DNA from: a virus
Taxonomy: Duplodnaviria; Caudoviricetes
DNA length: 64,000 nt
Virus record (IMG/VR): IMGVR_UViG_3300045771_000049
Span: 32,001-96,000 of that record
Reading direction: 5' to 3' (one strand)
Position numbers and translations under genes: made by a program
The notes under the pieces: generated by a model
Seen by the model: only the letters and a program-made list of their open reading frames with translations
What the model was told of the DNA's origin: nothing
The model's database searches: none
In this document: positions 21,601-29,577 of the stretch, piece after piece
Position numbering within the stretch: position 1 is the first letter of the stretch
Layout of the letters: each line of letters starts with the position of its first letter

Positions 21601-24480
21601 CCCGCCGAGAAGATTGGCGAGCGAATTGACCGCATCTGTGGCCAGACCCAATTCACTTATGTTACCAACGAAATTACTATTCGAGGCATTGACTGCATCA
21701 CTCGCATTGCCAGTTTCGGCGATGTTTCCAACGAATGTGCTGGGGCCGGTGTTCGCAATATCGGCGGCGCTTCCACTTTCGCTGATCGAGACATTGGTGA
21801 TCTTGCTGGCATTGGTCGTATCGGCTATGGCGCCCGCATCTGCGATCGCGCCAATAAATATGCTAGGCGCGGCAAGAACCATATCGCTGGCCGCACCAGC
21901 CTCTGCAATGCTGACATTTGTCGCATCGGTATTGGTGACTTGGTCGGATACGGCTCCGCTCTCATTGACCGCACCCACAAAGGTATTGGCGATAACGGTT
22001 ACATTGTCTTGAAGATTGCGAACCTCACTGGCATTCACGACCCCGTCTGGGGATGTCTGGGTGATCTGGTTCATCTGCAACGTGACAGCGGTCTGCGAGA
22101 GGAATCGCGCATAGGCCGCCGCCCCGGTCATCAACGCGATCGAGGTCGCGCCAAGCACAATGCCTTGGAACGAGGCGCCCGTGCCGATGGTCGAACTAGA
22201 AGCGATCACCCAGAAGATGTTTTTGGCTTGCAGACCGCCGCTGAGCGTAATGATCACCGAATTGGCTACGGTGAAGGTTCCGGCGACTTGGAGAACATAG
22301 ACATCGTTCGGGCCGCCCGTCAGGGTGACATTTGTGCTGACCAGAAGCCCGCTGGTCCATTTATAGATGCCAGGGGTAAGCGTTGCGCCGCCGATTTGGC
22401 CTGCGCCGAATTCACTGAAAGCAGGTGGGGCGCGGCCCACACCGTCATTGTAGGCGGTGAGCATATCGCCAACCGCGATGCTTAGATACGACGCGTTGAT
22501 AACCGCGCAGGGTGCTGGACCAGCCGCATCAACAACATAAATGTCACCGGTTACTTCACTGCAAGAAAGCAACATGGCGGCGCCCGTGATCGGACTAGTG
22601 CCCACATCGCCAACAACCACCGAAGGAAAGACATCGGTAACGCCAGACTCAGACAGGATGACAAAGTTGCCCGCTGTTCTGAGATTGATGGGTGATAGAT
22701 TTAGTCCGGTCGTGTCGGCGGCCGAACCTGATTCGGTGATCGCCGCACTGGTGATCTGCGTGGCTGCCACAACATCCGAGGCAGCGCCGGTCTCATTGAT
22801 TATGCCATTGAAGGTGCTGATCGTGGTCGAAGTGACCGCAGCCGCGTTGCCGGTCTCAACCACATTGCCAAAATACGTGCTCGCGATGATCGCCGCAACA
22901 TCTACACCTGCACCGCTTTCGTTGATGTTTCCACTATAAGCACTTGCGGCAATGGCCGGGATATCGACAGCCAACCCGCCTTCGCTCGTGCTGCCAACAT
23001 AGCTACTGGGTGCGGTAGCGCAACTATCATTTGCGGCGCCAGTTTCACTGACCAGAACGAACGTGAGATCGGTATCCAAGACCGTGTCGGTCGCATTACC
23101 GGTTTCGCTGATATTGCCGAAATACGTACTCGCAGCCACGCCAAACAGATCGACGGCATTACCAATTTCGATAACATTGCCGAAATAGACGCTTGCAACC
23201 ACACTCGTCAGATCAGTGGCCGCTCCAGTTGCCGTGATGGCAGCCGATGCGACATAGGTTTCGCTGGTCGCATCGACGATCGTCGTGTTGATCGTAACAA
23301 ACTCGACAACCGGTGATGCTTGGGTTGTACTGGCTTGGCCGAAGATCAGGGCAGCGTTGCCATTGACATCGGCTGTGAATGGAACGGTCACCCATGTTCC
23401 AGCGTTGGGAACGGTCCAACTGCTCGTGATGGTCGTTAGAAGGACGGTGTTGACCGTCAGGGTGAACACATAGTTGAGATTCGGACTATTATCGCCGGAC
23501 AGCAGGAAATTAACCGTGTACGGAGCAAATGGCACCAGCCCAGTCTGCGTATAGCTGGCTTGACCGACTGGGGTGGTTTCGTTGATTTGAAACGCACAGG
23601 CGCCGGACAATGAATCGATCAGTAGCCAACAGTTCCCTGCAAACGTCCAGCCCAGCGCGCTGGTTAAATTATATTGAGACGCACTTTCCATCGTTTGCGT
23701 TGTGATCGAACTACGATAGGTTCCAACGAACGCCGAACTTGAAAAATTCTGACTGTAGACGACGAAGGGCGTTTCGGCGACGCTGCCAGTGAAGATGCTA
23801 TTACTTTCATTGGGCGTGTCGGTCGCGTTGCCGGTTTCAGCCACGGTTGCGGCGAGCGGAGCCGCCAATGCCTCGATCAAAGAGGCACCGACAATATTGC
23901 TCGGCACCGTGTATTCGGCAAGTATTTCAGTATTGGTGGCGCCACCAAACAGTGTGACGGCCTCGATCGGGATGTTCGTGTTGGTAGTGTTGGTCATCAA
24001 CACGGTTGCGGTCGGGACGCTAACCGCGAGCGTGAGGGCAGCGTGATAGCCCATACCAAGGGCGATGCCGAGACTCGCCCCACCGGTCGTGTAAAGGGCG
24101 ACGGTATCCGCTGTGATACCAGCAAAAGTCGTAGTAGTGGTGCCGATTGGAAGGGTGGTCTTGGTCCCGGCGAGGCCGACCGCGAGGCAGACGGCAATGT
24201 CACACGCACTGCTGCTGGTGATCGACACCGAATTCGAGCCGGTTGGCGGATTGATCAGATACCACGCCCAGAGCGTCTGGTAGTTCGTCCCGGCTACCGA
24301 AACGATATTGGTCATTGCCGTGCCACCATAAGTGCAGGTCGGCACGTAACTGTATTTGCTTTGCGTGTAATAATAGACGATTAGTAGCGAACAGCCAGTT
24401 GCATTATAGCTTTGCGTATAGCTTAACGGGGTGCTGCCTGCCGAGTTGCCGGTTGAATAGGATACAATGGAAGATGACAC
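12667..24480 (-). CDS. giant (3937 aa) acidic repeat virion fibre/adhesin with DUF3494 ice-binding-like domain
   Basis: well over 100 ~20-22 aa ETG.A.D repeats; DUF3494-like domain ~22060-22690; Ig-like adhesin domain ~12970-13300; CTAAATA at 24515-24521. Confidence 0.8.
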   Translation of the reverse strand: MSSSIVSYSTGNSAGSTPLSYTQSYNATGCSLLIVYYYTQSKYSYVPTCTYGGTAMTNIVSVAGTNYQTLWAWYLINPPTGSNSVSITSSSACDIAVCLAVGLAGTKTTLPIGTTTTTFAGITADTVALYTTGGASLGIALGMGYHAALTLAVSVPTATVLMTNTTNTNIPIEAVTLFGGATNTEILAEYTVPSNIVGASLIEALAAPLAATVAETGNATDTPNESNSIFTGSVAETPFVVYSQNFSSSAFVGTYRSSITTQTMESASQYNLTSALGWTFAGNCWLLIDSLSGACAFQINETTPVGQASYTQTGLVPFAPYTVNFLLSGDNSPNLNYVFTLTVNTVLLTTITSSWTVPNAGTWVTVPFTADVNGNAALIFGQASTTQASPVVEFVTINTTIVDATSETYVASAAITATGAATDLTSVVASVYFGNVIEIGNAVDLFGVAASTYFGNISETGNATDTVLDTDLTFVLVSETGAANDSCATAPSSYVGSTSEGGLAVDIPAIAASAYSGNINESGAGVDVAAIIASTYFGNVVETGNAAAVTSTTISTFNGIINETGAASDVVAATQITSAAITESGSAADTTGLNLSPINLRTAGNFVILSESGVTDVFPSVVVGDVGTSPITGAAMLLSCSEVTGDIYVVDAAGPAPCAVINASYLSIAVGDMLTAYNDGVGRAPPAFSEFGAGQIGGATLTPGIYKWTSGLLVSTNVTLTGGPNDVYVLQVAGTFTVANSVIITLSGGLQAKNIFWVIASSSTIGTGASFQGIVLGATSIALMTGAAAYARFLSQTAVTLQMNQITQTSPDGVVNASEVRNLQDNVTVIANTFVGAVNESGAVSDQVTNTDATNVSIAEAGAASDMVLAAPSIFIGAIADAGAIADTTNASKITNVSISESGSAADIANTGPSTFVGNIAETGNASDAVNASNSNFVGNISELGLATDAVNSLANLLGGAVAETGTLAEATAIIASTYVGNTGETGALTDATDETDITFGLITEFGNAADTTVPFGSSYGGDDSEIGAASDAVGSIYLAAAIINEAGNASDSPATTISTFVGETDELGAALDNPDTLGSIFVGAITETGSSNDATNAFASLYSGNVAETGIASDTVSVTQDIWVGNTPENGNAFDQSSATYITLSAISETGSATDIPATNASIFLGAIAENGNAVDSLIAFTTANRSTPETGSASDTVNTSANTFVGALTETGALADLTSSVYITNVSVGETGLASDLVTETELAVATVIEMGGASDIPSTNQNVFIGAIAESGATSDNPSALNTAIGSTNETGSATDSATTAPSLFNGAIADTGTANDAASTFASVFVGAVVETGNLVESVSLNQNVFVGATNEIGAALDVPSATYQTFANIAETPNAVDLSNAGPSSFGGANAETGAASDLESGYVITTVVDGETLLGTDATAVQAIFATTVAESGTALDSPATTNSSFGGALAETGNVADSEIAIFIANTTVNEIDLVSDSVNEAPSVYVGTTIESGAAAELLATTISSFVGSDAEPLNAADSPSLFASIFVGAYAEAGTATDAMDVAASLYVGQTPESLSATDTMATAGNLFVGAVWEPLALADSEAETDITLVLVNEAGGANDATNEAPSSYGGAIADSGTADDGSTVAPSLFGGAASETGAASDYSNTNLNLFVGETDEIGAALEYISTTIVAVATIADSGLATDTSGTASSLFGGSANELLAAADTTLGNTITGSAVAENGAASDLATSVASFVVTSLEFGNATEATTTAQSGFVGTVAESGALTDLGIEAGDQNENFINDLNDLADTTDTHASIFVGAIAETGAIGEVVYTNANSFVGETDETGAIAEVVYTNANSFVGETDETGAVVEITATNLSVFVGETDEQGQTQDASNTANNLFNGAIDDASAAALDTVANHADFSVSISDFGASGDTCDNSGNLFGGATTDTGVPVDFVTSLDDTLVGAETETGSASDAETITASFLSTCLENGALDDLSDTEGNVFGGATVEAGATGDQSDSLYDILTGIEGEVLATTTDRTDTTAVFAALIAEIVSITDASDTTISQWVGDGSEIANAADSPNDLNSLFVGALADDLLVLDACDATAIFIASVNELGTLADYADNFASIYIGEADELANATDTTDGSGSIFLGDYTEKTHITDALDRTAIFNTTIHNVRFATDIADSHMDIYGGNTDEAGWVADQPDIFGGAFGGDCIEPGALLDVCDSTAVFVSLSVETANAADQTDNDSNSFDGAVTETGSTGDASDLGPSTLVGQYTETGSIGDFASETDQTLVNINEALGANDQPVATAPSLFVGETDELGAAIDALAANIIGVAECDEAADLADSVDTGPSVFDGETDETLDAAEQANCSALFVATGVNFAHVHDFTDTYASVFLGDVQEDGQLIDLPDCLGSILNGATSDALAVLDVPSSTAIFVVDAVEDAFGADLTDNTTNVFGGDNSDGLDAADYADLTASIFVGETDERLTPSDGLTETTDFVSFCDETSAAADQTNTQFCLYNGATLDSCASLDAADTFGSIFVGETDETLDAGDQSACSAIFAAEVDEAGDGRDAMDTIDDTFDGDASELGELDELTDTFASIFIGAVQEQLTASDVITCTTIFVAQTEETLAGEDWVDVYANVFVGDSTDADTISDESGANADFVSEVDEFGFADDPADATAIFVTDIEDDGVLTDSVDDFGSIYTGHTSEFSDLADVVDVSDNIFVGDIEEDAQFIDDFVVDVNSTYGLEFEFLDGADLTDTLDSIFVGAVAEFGIGIDGCAGENIANSAIDLSLAISDSSDVADSDYVGDMAETLAANDVTDATAIFISDIEDAGNCQDDADNFANIFGGDIADADGLGDACAPGPSSFVGTYDETGWAAEIVDATAWFACTTEETGALSELVDTSDSIFGGDTSETGSLAEAADLYGCLLGGDTDDLLTTLQDATNVSAVFAAEIDELDQYGGLTDASDNGFNLFNGNASEIYGLLDDAEEYDSMFGGAISEAEGCTDALSATAVFIGSNAEFASPLDLADTADNLFVGATSDTLHAAEIVNAGHIGNANINEGTASSADECDTTVDYIVDCLETGTAIDSFDTFEAQYGGDASETAGASDWADVIASVYVGETDETGQADETCYTQADFVASAFNFCFARDHLDTYESVYLGNTTDTGTALDLTNEALSVFVGEVDESADLLDQPVDVDITEGIIAEFPDAEDLVDVGPSAYWGAVVELCNLLDAPFAANIAPGDVSEPLGLTETVDTADSIWVGETDETGASTDLTNVVAVFATVIAEIGAASDLTDTYANLLGGETDETGALVDLSAIIASTYSGETDEIGIIGDTSGITAIFVAQIDEIPIALDLTDNRANLFVGETPENCGPEDSVNTFASLFDGDTEETEATLDQASVVAIFASTVAELCAALDSFDTLSSNFNGDTRDFLSCADLPDTAFSQFGGSAGDLGSCSDIADSTATFITTIAEFGNCVDSMDTRDDVFVGEVDELEGASDSGNGGNFSGIGVDEAETITDQIAVFVWFAATIAELGGATDQVDCIWNTYADIEEVNAVAREMCIDAIVTLVPVMESNLTIEVVDATYMTLASIIEFGVAADLTDSVLISTQAVVETGGMADRTDATLITLAAIIEGGLSADATSALDTSIDDVTELCELADACEIAEWAVANSTDTGLALDQTNATAIYIAGVAETCSAVDMAVIMGIDSSNTSETGNAQDTVGCNQAIIISVAITGADVTNGSGSLTLGSTALMTLYLSEQVTVTGSPTLSLNDGGIATYMGDPAPGNAIVFSYTIGDNQNTDDLRIIALNLNGGTIQDVSGDPIATGGAVVHPPGIVQIGTGVPGLNLRTDGFGGGTSAPARRPHRPHPTSAFYRFAVKWKNGTGTQTQHDVPKRDINVKVNDVKQATDETTPNVSVDMSAAQDQPRVAATTPTRTGKY
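18923..19054. repeat. near-perfect 63-bp tandem duplication inside the giant gene
   Basis: GTCTCATCGGTTTCACCAACAAAGCTATTGGCGTTTGTATACACAACTTCG at 18923 and 18986. Confidence 0.9.
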
Positions 24481-24711
24481 TGTTCAGCGGCTCGCATGCA
24501 AAAGGGATTGCTCCTATTTAGAAAGAACCGACCATCATCCGACCCAAGGTCGCCAATGTCAACCGTACGGAATGTGAATGGACGTATTGCCCACGCATCG
24601 CAAGCTCCATTTGTCACAAATATGTATACTAGTTTGTGACAAATGGCCAGCCTGATTCTGCAACGCCGAGCATGCTGCGTCGGAAGAAACGATGAGGGAA
24701 CTGGCAGAAGG

Positions 24712-25071
24712 TCAGTTATCTTGCTTGACCGGGGCTGGGCTATCAACTGCGCTGCTGCTTGGCGTCAGGTTCAGACTTTGCAAGGTAGCTCCGTCCAACT
24801 GACCGGTGACCGGTATAGCGTTCTTGCTCTGAAAGGCTTCGACCGCTTTCTTGGTATAGTGACCCCACACGCCATCAATCGGGCCGTCTTCGTAGTAACC
24901 ACTGTCTTGTAGCTTCTGTTGCACGGCCCGCACCGTATCGGACGATACCGAAGGCGCGGCAACACTAACGGGAGTCGGAGCAGGCGTTGGAGCGGTTTCT
25001 TTGTGTACCCAGCCGCAACCCGCTAGCAACACCAGAAATCCAAGCGTAATCGATAAAGTCAAGCTTTGCAT
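24712..25071 (-). CDS. peptidoglycan-binding-domain lipoprotein
   Basis: LAGC lipobox; VQQKL..GYY.GPIDGVWG..T..AV.AFQ....VTG.LD motif. Confidence 0.85.
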   Translation of the reverse strand: MQSLTLSITLGFLVLLAGCGWVHKETAPTPAPTPVSVAAPSVSSDTVRAVQQKLQDSGYYEDGPIDGVWGHYTKKAVEAFQSKNAIPVTGQLDGATLQSLNLTPSSSAVDSPAPVKQDN

Positions 25072-25225
25072 ATTGAAATCCTTTTGAAAATCCTATTTAT
25101 TCCCTGTGATACCACTGAATCTTTTAAAATCATTGAGTATAGCACTGACTGGAGTAACACGACATGCGTTAAGTTCTGTGCTACGCCAGCCATGTCGTTG
25201 CTAGGCTATGCCTTGATTTCGGCCG

Positions 25226-25456
25226 TCATGCATCCTCGTCTTCCACCCTATCAAAATTGTATTTCGCAGCGATCGCCGCATCCTCGGTCTCGAAATCGGC
25301 ATAATCGTCTGTGACAGTGTCTGCCAGGATCACGCCGTCCGACGCCATGCGGGTAATTTCCTCAGCCGTGGCCCGCAATCGGATGACGATTTCGTTCAGC
25401 GTGTCGGCACCGTCATAAAGGCCCTTGGCCCGGAACAACTGCCTGTAGAGTGTCAT
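25226..25456 (-). CDS. hypothetical protein
   Basis: ATG preceded by a GGGG SD; coding-like composition. Confidence 0.45.
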   Translation of the reverse strand: MTLYRQLFRAKGLYDGADTLNEIVIRLRATAEEITRMASDGVILADTVTDDYADFETEDAAIAAKYNFDRVEDEDA

Positions 25457-25756
25457 AGGACCCCCGCTTTCAGACGTGATGTGATTATTACTTGGGTTGG
25501 GGCGAACGCAGTCGCCTTGCGTGCCATGTTGGTAGCTCCTTGCACTAAGCATTTTCTGTTGGTGCCGGGAAGAACCCGACACGGCGAGAAGAACATCGTC
25601 TGGCAGTATAGTCAACTGAAGAATTCTAGGGACCATTGGGTTAGCACAGTGCAAAACTACTGGCCATACTAGATAAACGCGTCAGGGTGGATTGGAGAAT
25701 TGGAAATTAGATAATGAGCGAAACCAAGACACGCGGCGGCACCCTTGGGATATAAG

Positions 25757-25785
25757 AAAAGGGAGCCAAACTGGCTCCCTTTTTT
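25757..25785. terminator. bidirectional intrinsic terminator
   Basis: AAAAGGGAGCCA-AAC-TGGCTCCCTTTTTT downstream of the 25823..26386 gene. Confidence 0.85.
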
Positions 25786-25822
25786 GTCTTAGTTTTCTCT
25801 GTCTCAAAAAAGCAAAACTGTC

Positions 25823-26386
25823 TCACACGCTAAGACTGTAAGTAACATTCAGCGTATCGCCATTCGATACGGTCTTAGAACCAGCACTGAAATTGGCAGA
25901 TGAGAACAGGATTCCACCGGTTGCCGCTGTATTCAATACGGTGTTGGCACCTGTCCCGCCCGTAACCAGCATATTGCCGGTGATGGTGGCAGAACCGGTA
26001 ATGGCAAACGAGGTCGTTGTGGCGCTCTTTGAGCCGGTTGCTGCCGCACTCCAGGCAACGGTCAGACGGGTGTTACCGGTGATGATCCCAGCCGCGATTT
26101 CAGTAACGGTCGGGGACGCGTAGGTCGAGGTAGACACTGCCGTGCCACCGGTGATCAAGCTCATATACCAGACAGCCGTGTAAGCCGAACCGGCGAGATA
26201 CGTGTCAAGCATGCCGTTCTTGCCCTGGTTGACCACAAGGTTCAGGGCATCATCGGCCCACTTTAGCTGTCCATCGGGGCCAATGCATTCAACGTGGTAG
26301 ACACCCACAGCGCTCAGTGCTTCGGCGCTGGAGCTATTGCGGATGACGGACGCGGAATTCGCGTCTTGGGTTTTCAGGTTTTCCAT
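25823..26386 (-). CDS. virion structural protein (fibre-associated)
   Basis: NLVVNQGKN...LFS.ANF..GSKTV.NGDTLNVTY pattern; CTAAATA at 26416-26422. Confidence 0.7.
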   Translation of the reverse strand: MENLKTQDANSASVIRNSSSAEALSAVGVYHVECIGPDGQLKWADDALNLVVNQGKNGMLDTYLAGSAYTAVWYMSLITGGTAVSTSTYASPTVTEIAAGIITGNTRLTVAWSAAATGSKSATTTSFAITGSATITGNMLVTGGTGANTVLNTAATGGILFSSANFSAGSKTVSNGDTLNVTYSLSV

Positions 26387-26834
26387 ATATCTCTCGCTAA
26401 AATGGAGTGTGACGTTATTTAGTACGACGACGCTTTCCCTCCGTTGCAGGTCGCTCGCAACGATGGTTTGCGTCTATGTAGGCGAAAAATTTCAACCGCT
26501 CGTGATTTGACACCCGCCCACCGTCCATGCCTATTCGGTGAACTAATAGTATCGGAATATGGATCGCGCGGTTCTGGTCCAGGCCGTCATGTTGACTTAT
26601 GACATGGCTCGCGTTCCGCCGAAGCGAGCGCCAGCAGATCGATCAACGCTGCGGGGACCTGTCCTATCCGCTCTATGTTCATCATGAGAATATGCTGATC
26701 TTGGCGCTCTCGATGACGGCGGGGTATACGTCCTGGCCTTTGCGTTATCCTACAGTCTGCTACGCGTGGTCGATCCTGGCGTTAACCGGGTACGCGATGC
26801 GATCCGAGGCAACCGGCTTGAGCGGGTGCTGGGA

Positions 26835-27932
26835 CTAGTCGGACGGCGGCTTGTATAGCTTGTCGAACCGGTGCCGTTGCACGGTTTTGGGATCATGCTC
26901 GAAGCTATTGGTGGGGGACTGATCGGCCACCCGGAAGGCTGCCAATTCGGTGGCGTTCCAGAACACGTAAGCCTGATGCAGATGGCCGCCACCGCCGCGT
27001 GTATAGCCGCCTGCCCGCAGGCCGCCATCATAGGTGAGACCGACGTAGCCGAGAGCTTCCATGGCCTTGACGAAGCGATCATGCCGCCCGGCCTTGTCGA
27101 ACACGTGATATCCGCCATGGGTGCCGTTGCGCAACTCATCCAAGGTGGGGTTCTGCCCCTTGCCGCCGATCGTTTTGTCACTCCAGGCATAGCGGGTGCC
27201 TCGGGTCTTGTAATTCTTCACGTAGGCGTCGAAATCCACGCCATTCTCATCGCCATCTCGCAGATCATGTCCGGTCGGACCCATCTCCGCGAACCACAGT
27301 TTGCGCACCAGTTGCAGAACCTTGTCCGGCATCGGCCGTTCAGCATGCAGCGCCCGGCTCAGATAGGACTCCGGCACATCAAAACCGGCTATTGTTGCAT
27401 TATGAGACCGCGTAATGATGCTCAACTCACCCTGGGTATTGCGGGCGATTTTCAAGTTTGGCAGCATCTGTTTGAGTTTGGTTTGCGCGGCGGCGTAGTT
27501 CGCCAGGGCGAGCGTCTTGTGATGCTCGGCCAGGAACCAACGCAGGCTGCGCCATTGATGATCCCCCATGCCGTTGACATCAGCGCCACGCTTGTGACCT
27601 TTCAAGGATTCCATCGCCCAATCTTGTTTTAGCTCTTTCTCCTTGGTCGGCCAGTCGATCACCTGATCGATCAGCGTGCGAATGTAGCCTGCCATCAGAT
27701 CGCGCTGGGTCTTTGCCTCCGGGTCGGAGAACAGCACATGCTCATCGCCTTGCTTGATCGCATAATCGGCGGCGATCTCGGGATCGTTGGTCAGGTAGAT
27801 GCCGGGACCGAACAGGCCGCGATCGCTGGTCTTTGCTACGTCGAATTGGTCGATCCTGGTGGCATCGCCGCGATACAGCAGGGTTTCCCATAACATTGCC
27901 GGGGACCGGCTCCACGACTGTTGCAGGGGCAT
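26835..27932 (-). CDS. ADP-ribosyltransferase-fold protein
   Basis: LYRG...FGPGIYLT...AADYA...GYVGL...YVFW. Confidence 0.7.
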   Translation of the reverse strand: MPLQQSWSRSPAMLWETLLYRGDATRIDQFDVAKTSDRGLFGPGIYLTNDPEIAADYAIKQGDEHVLFSDPEAKTQRDLMAGYIRTLIDQVIDWPTKEKELKQDWAMESLKGHKRGADVNGMGDHQWRSLRWFLAEHHKTLALANYAAAQTKLKQMLPNLKIARNTQGELSIITRSHNATIAGFDVPESYLSRALHAERPMPDKVLQLVRKLWFAEMGPTGHDLRDGDENGVDFDAYVKNYKTRGTRYAWSDKTIGGKGQNPTLDELRNGTHGGYHVFDKAGRHDRFVKAMEALGYVGLTYDGGLRAGGYTRGGGGHLHQAYVFWNATELAAFRVADQSPTNSFEHDPKTVQRHRFDKLYKPPSD

Positions 27933-28047
27933 TGGCAGGGTTCCTAATCTCGCTTCGATGCGGCCTGGGCGGGCGATTGCTCGATTGATGGGTACATACG
28001 AGATATGTAGTTAGAAGTCAGCACCATTTGACCGCTCAATACCCTAC

Positions 28048-28809
28048 ATGTTGCGTCAGCGACGGCGTGATTATCCCGGTTTCCGGGAGTCAGGTCTCCT
28101 TATGGAGAATTACCCGAGCGGGCATTACGTTCCGGTCGAACAAGCCATTCACACGATGCGTGCGTTACTGCGGCCCATTCGACGCCATTACAAAAAACTC
28201 TACTGGGCAGAAACGCCCGAATGGGTCGCGGCCCAATTGCGTGAGGCGGCCGATGACCATGGCATGGTAGGTTTCAACCAAGCCATTAGATTGCTTTTGC
28301 GCGCCACCGATCAACGGAGGAAACCGAACACCAATCGCGGCATGGCGGCGGTGCATAACCTGTTTCGCAACGTGGCGAAGCGGCCCGTGCCAAAGCTAAA
28401 TATTTCGTCCAGAGAAAAGAGTTTGCCGGTGGAACCCCTTCGGATGACGGTTGGCGCCATGATCGAGCGCCTCGATGCGTATGATCCGAAAGCGCATCTA
28501 TATCTCGACGGCTGCACCCTGGTGGTGGTTAACCCTGACGCTCTCGAAACGGGGGCATGGCTGCCCTCACTGGAAGGCTACATAGCGACCAAGGAGCCTC
28601 CCACTGCATCACCTGAGGTTCCGCATCGGAGACGCAAATTGAACGCTGATCTGCTTATTGGCATCATCTTCTTTTTCATCCTCGGCATGACGGCCTTGGC
28701 CGCCAAGGATGCCACCACAACCAATTTCAATTCAAATCGCATGTGGACGCTGGCCCCGTGGCCTTGTGAAACGCTGGTCGCACGGGCACCGCCATGCCGC
28801 CCGCATTAG
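28048..28809 (+). CDS. hypothetical protein with C-terminal TM helix
   Basis: long ORF with one hydrophobic segment; start uncertain. Confidence 0.45.
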   Translation: MLRQRRRDYPGFRESGLLMENYPSGHYVPVEQAIHTMRALLRPIRRHYKKLYWAETPEWVAAQLREAADDHGMVGFNQAIRLLLRATDQRRKPNTNRGMAAVHNLFRNVAKRPVPKLNISSREKSLPVEPLRMTVGAMIERLDAYDPKAHLYLDGCTLVVVNPDALETGAWLPSLEGYIATKEPPTASPEVPHRRRKLNADLLIGIIFFFILGMTALAAKDATTTNFNSNRMWTLAPWPCETLVARAPPCRPH

Positions 28810-28977
28810 GCCGAACCATTATGCTCAAAGGTATTTGTTTGATGGCAGCATGCAGCATCTATTCCTGGATGTGGACCCATGTGCTCGGGTATCCCGTGCT
28901 GCTCAATCCGAGCCGACTCGCTATGTTGATCGATCAAGTCGATCTTGCTGTAGCCGTACTGAGACAGGGAGGTTGGG

Positions 28978-29577
28978 ATGCGCTCGCGTGAATTCCTTGA
29001 AGCGTTATCGATACGGGCACAGACCGAGACCCCCGAGTTTAAACGCTGGTTCGGGGCTTCGAAGGTGGTGGATGCCGAGGGACAGCCGCTGATCGTCTAT
29101 CACGGAACCACCAAGGATTTCGAGGCCTTCAAACTGCCCGGCCGCAAAGCCAGGGGCGGTAATGCGATCTTCTTCGCCACCGCGCCGAGTACGGCATCGT
29201 ATTTCAGCCGTAACATGGCCAATGCGCGAGTGCTTCCCGTCTACGTTCGCTTGGAAAACCCGTTTGACTTCGCGAGTGAGGCGGCATTGGCATTGATCGA
29301 GCCGTTCATCCGGAAGAACTTTGCGGCATTATATCCAGGTGCATTGTTCGGTCCGGATGCGGCCATCAGCTTCTTGCGCGGCGGCGACTATGGCAGTTTG
29401 GAAAAACCAGCGGTGCGCGCATGGATGGTCAAGCGCGGCTATGACGGGTTTTGGACCAACGAGCAGGCTGGTGGCCAGCGCACGCTCGGGGTCTTTAGTC
29501 CCAATCAAGTCAAATCAGCGATTGGCAATCAGGGTCAGTTCAATCCGGCTGATGACCGGATCAACGAGGCGCCGTGA
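28978..29577 (+). CDS. ART-PolyVal-like ADP-ribosyltransferase
   Basis: FKRWFGASKVVDAEGQPLIVYHGT...GYDG...VFSPNQVKSA; MRSREFLE leader. Confidence 0.85.
   Translation: MRSREFLEALSIRAQTETPEFKRWFGASKVVDAEGQPLIVYHGTTKDFEAFKLPGRKARGGNAIFFATAPSTASYFSRNMANARVLPVYVRLENPFDFASEAALALIEPFIRKNFAALYPGALFGPDAAISFLRGGDYGSLEKPAVRAWMVKRGYDGFWTNEQAGGQRTLGVFSPNQVKSAIGNQGQFNPADDRINEAP

Noticed and set aside
12674-24521. Many long plus-strand and alternative-frame ORFs inside the giant gene (e.g. 12718..14127, 16387..17634)
   Set aside because: Shadow ORFs caused by the repeat protein's codon bias; no recognisable motifs.
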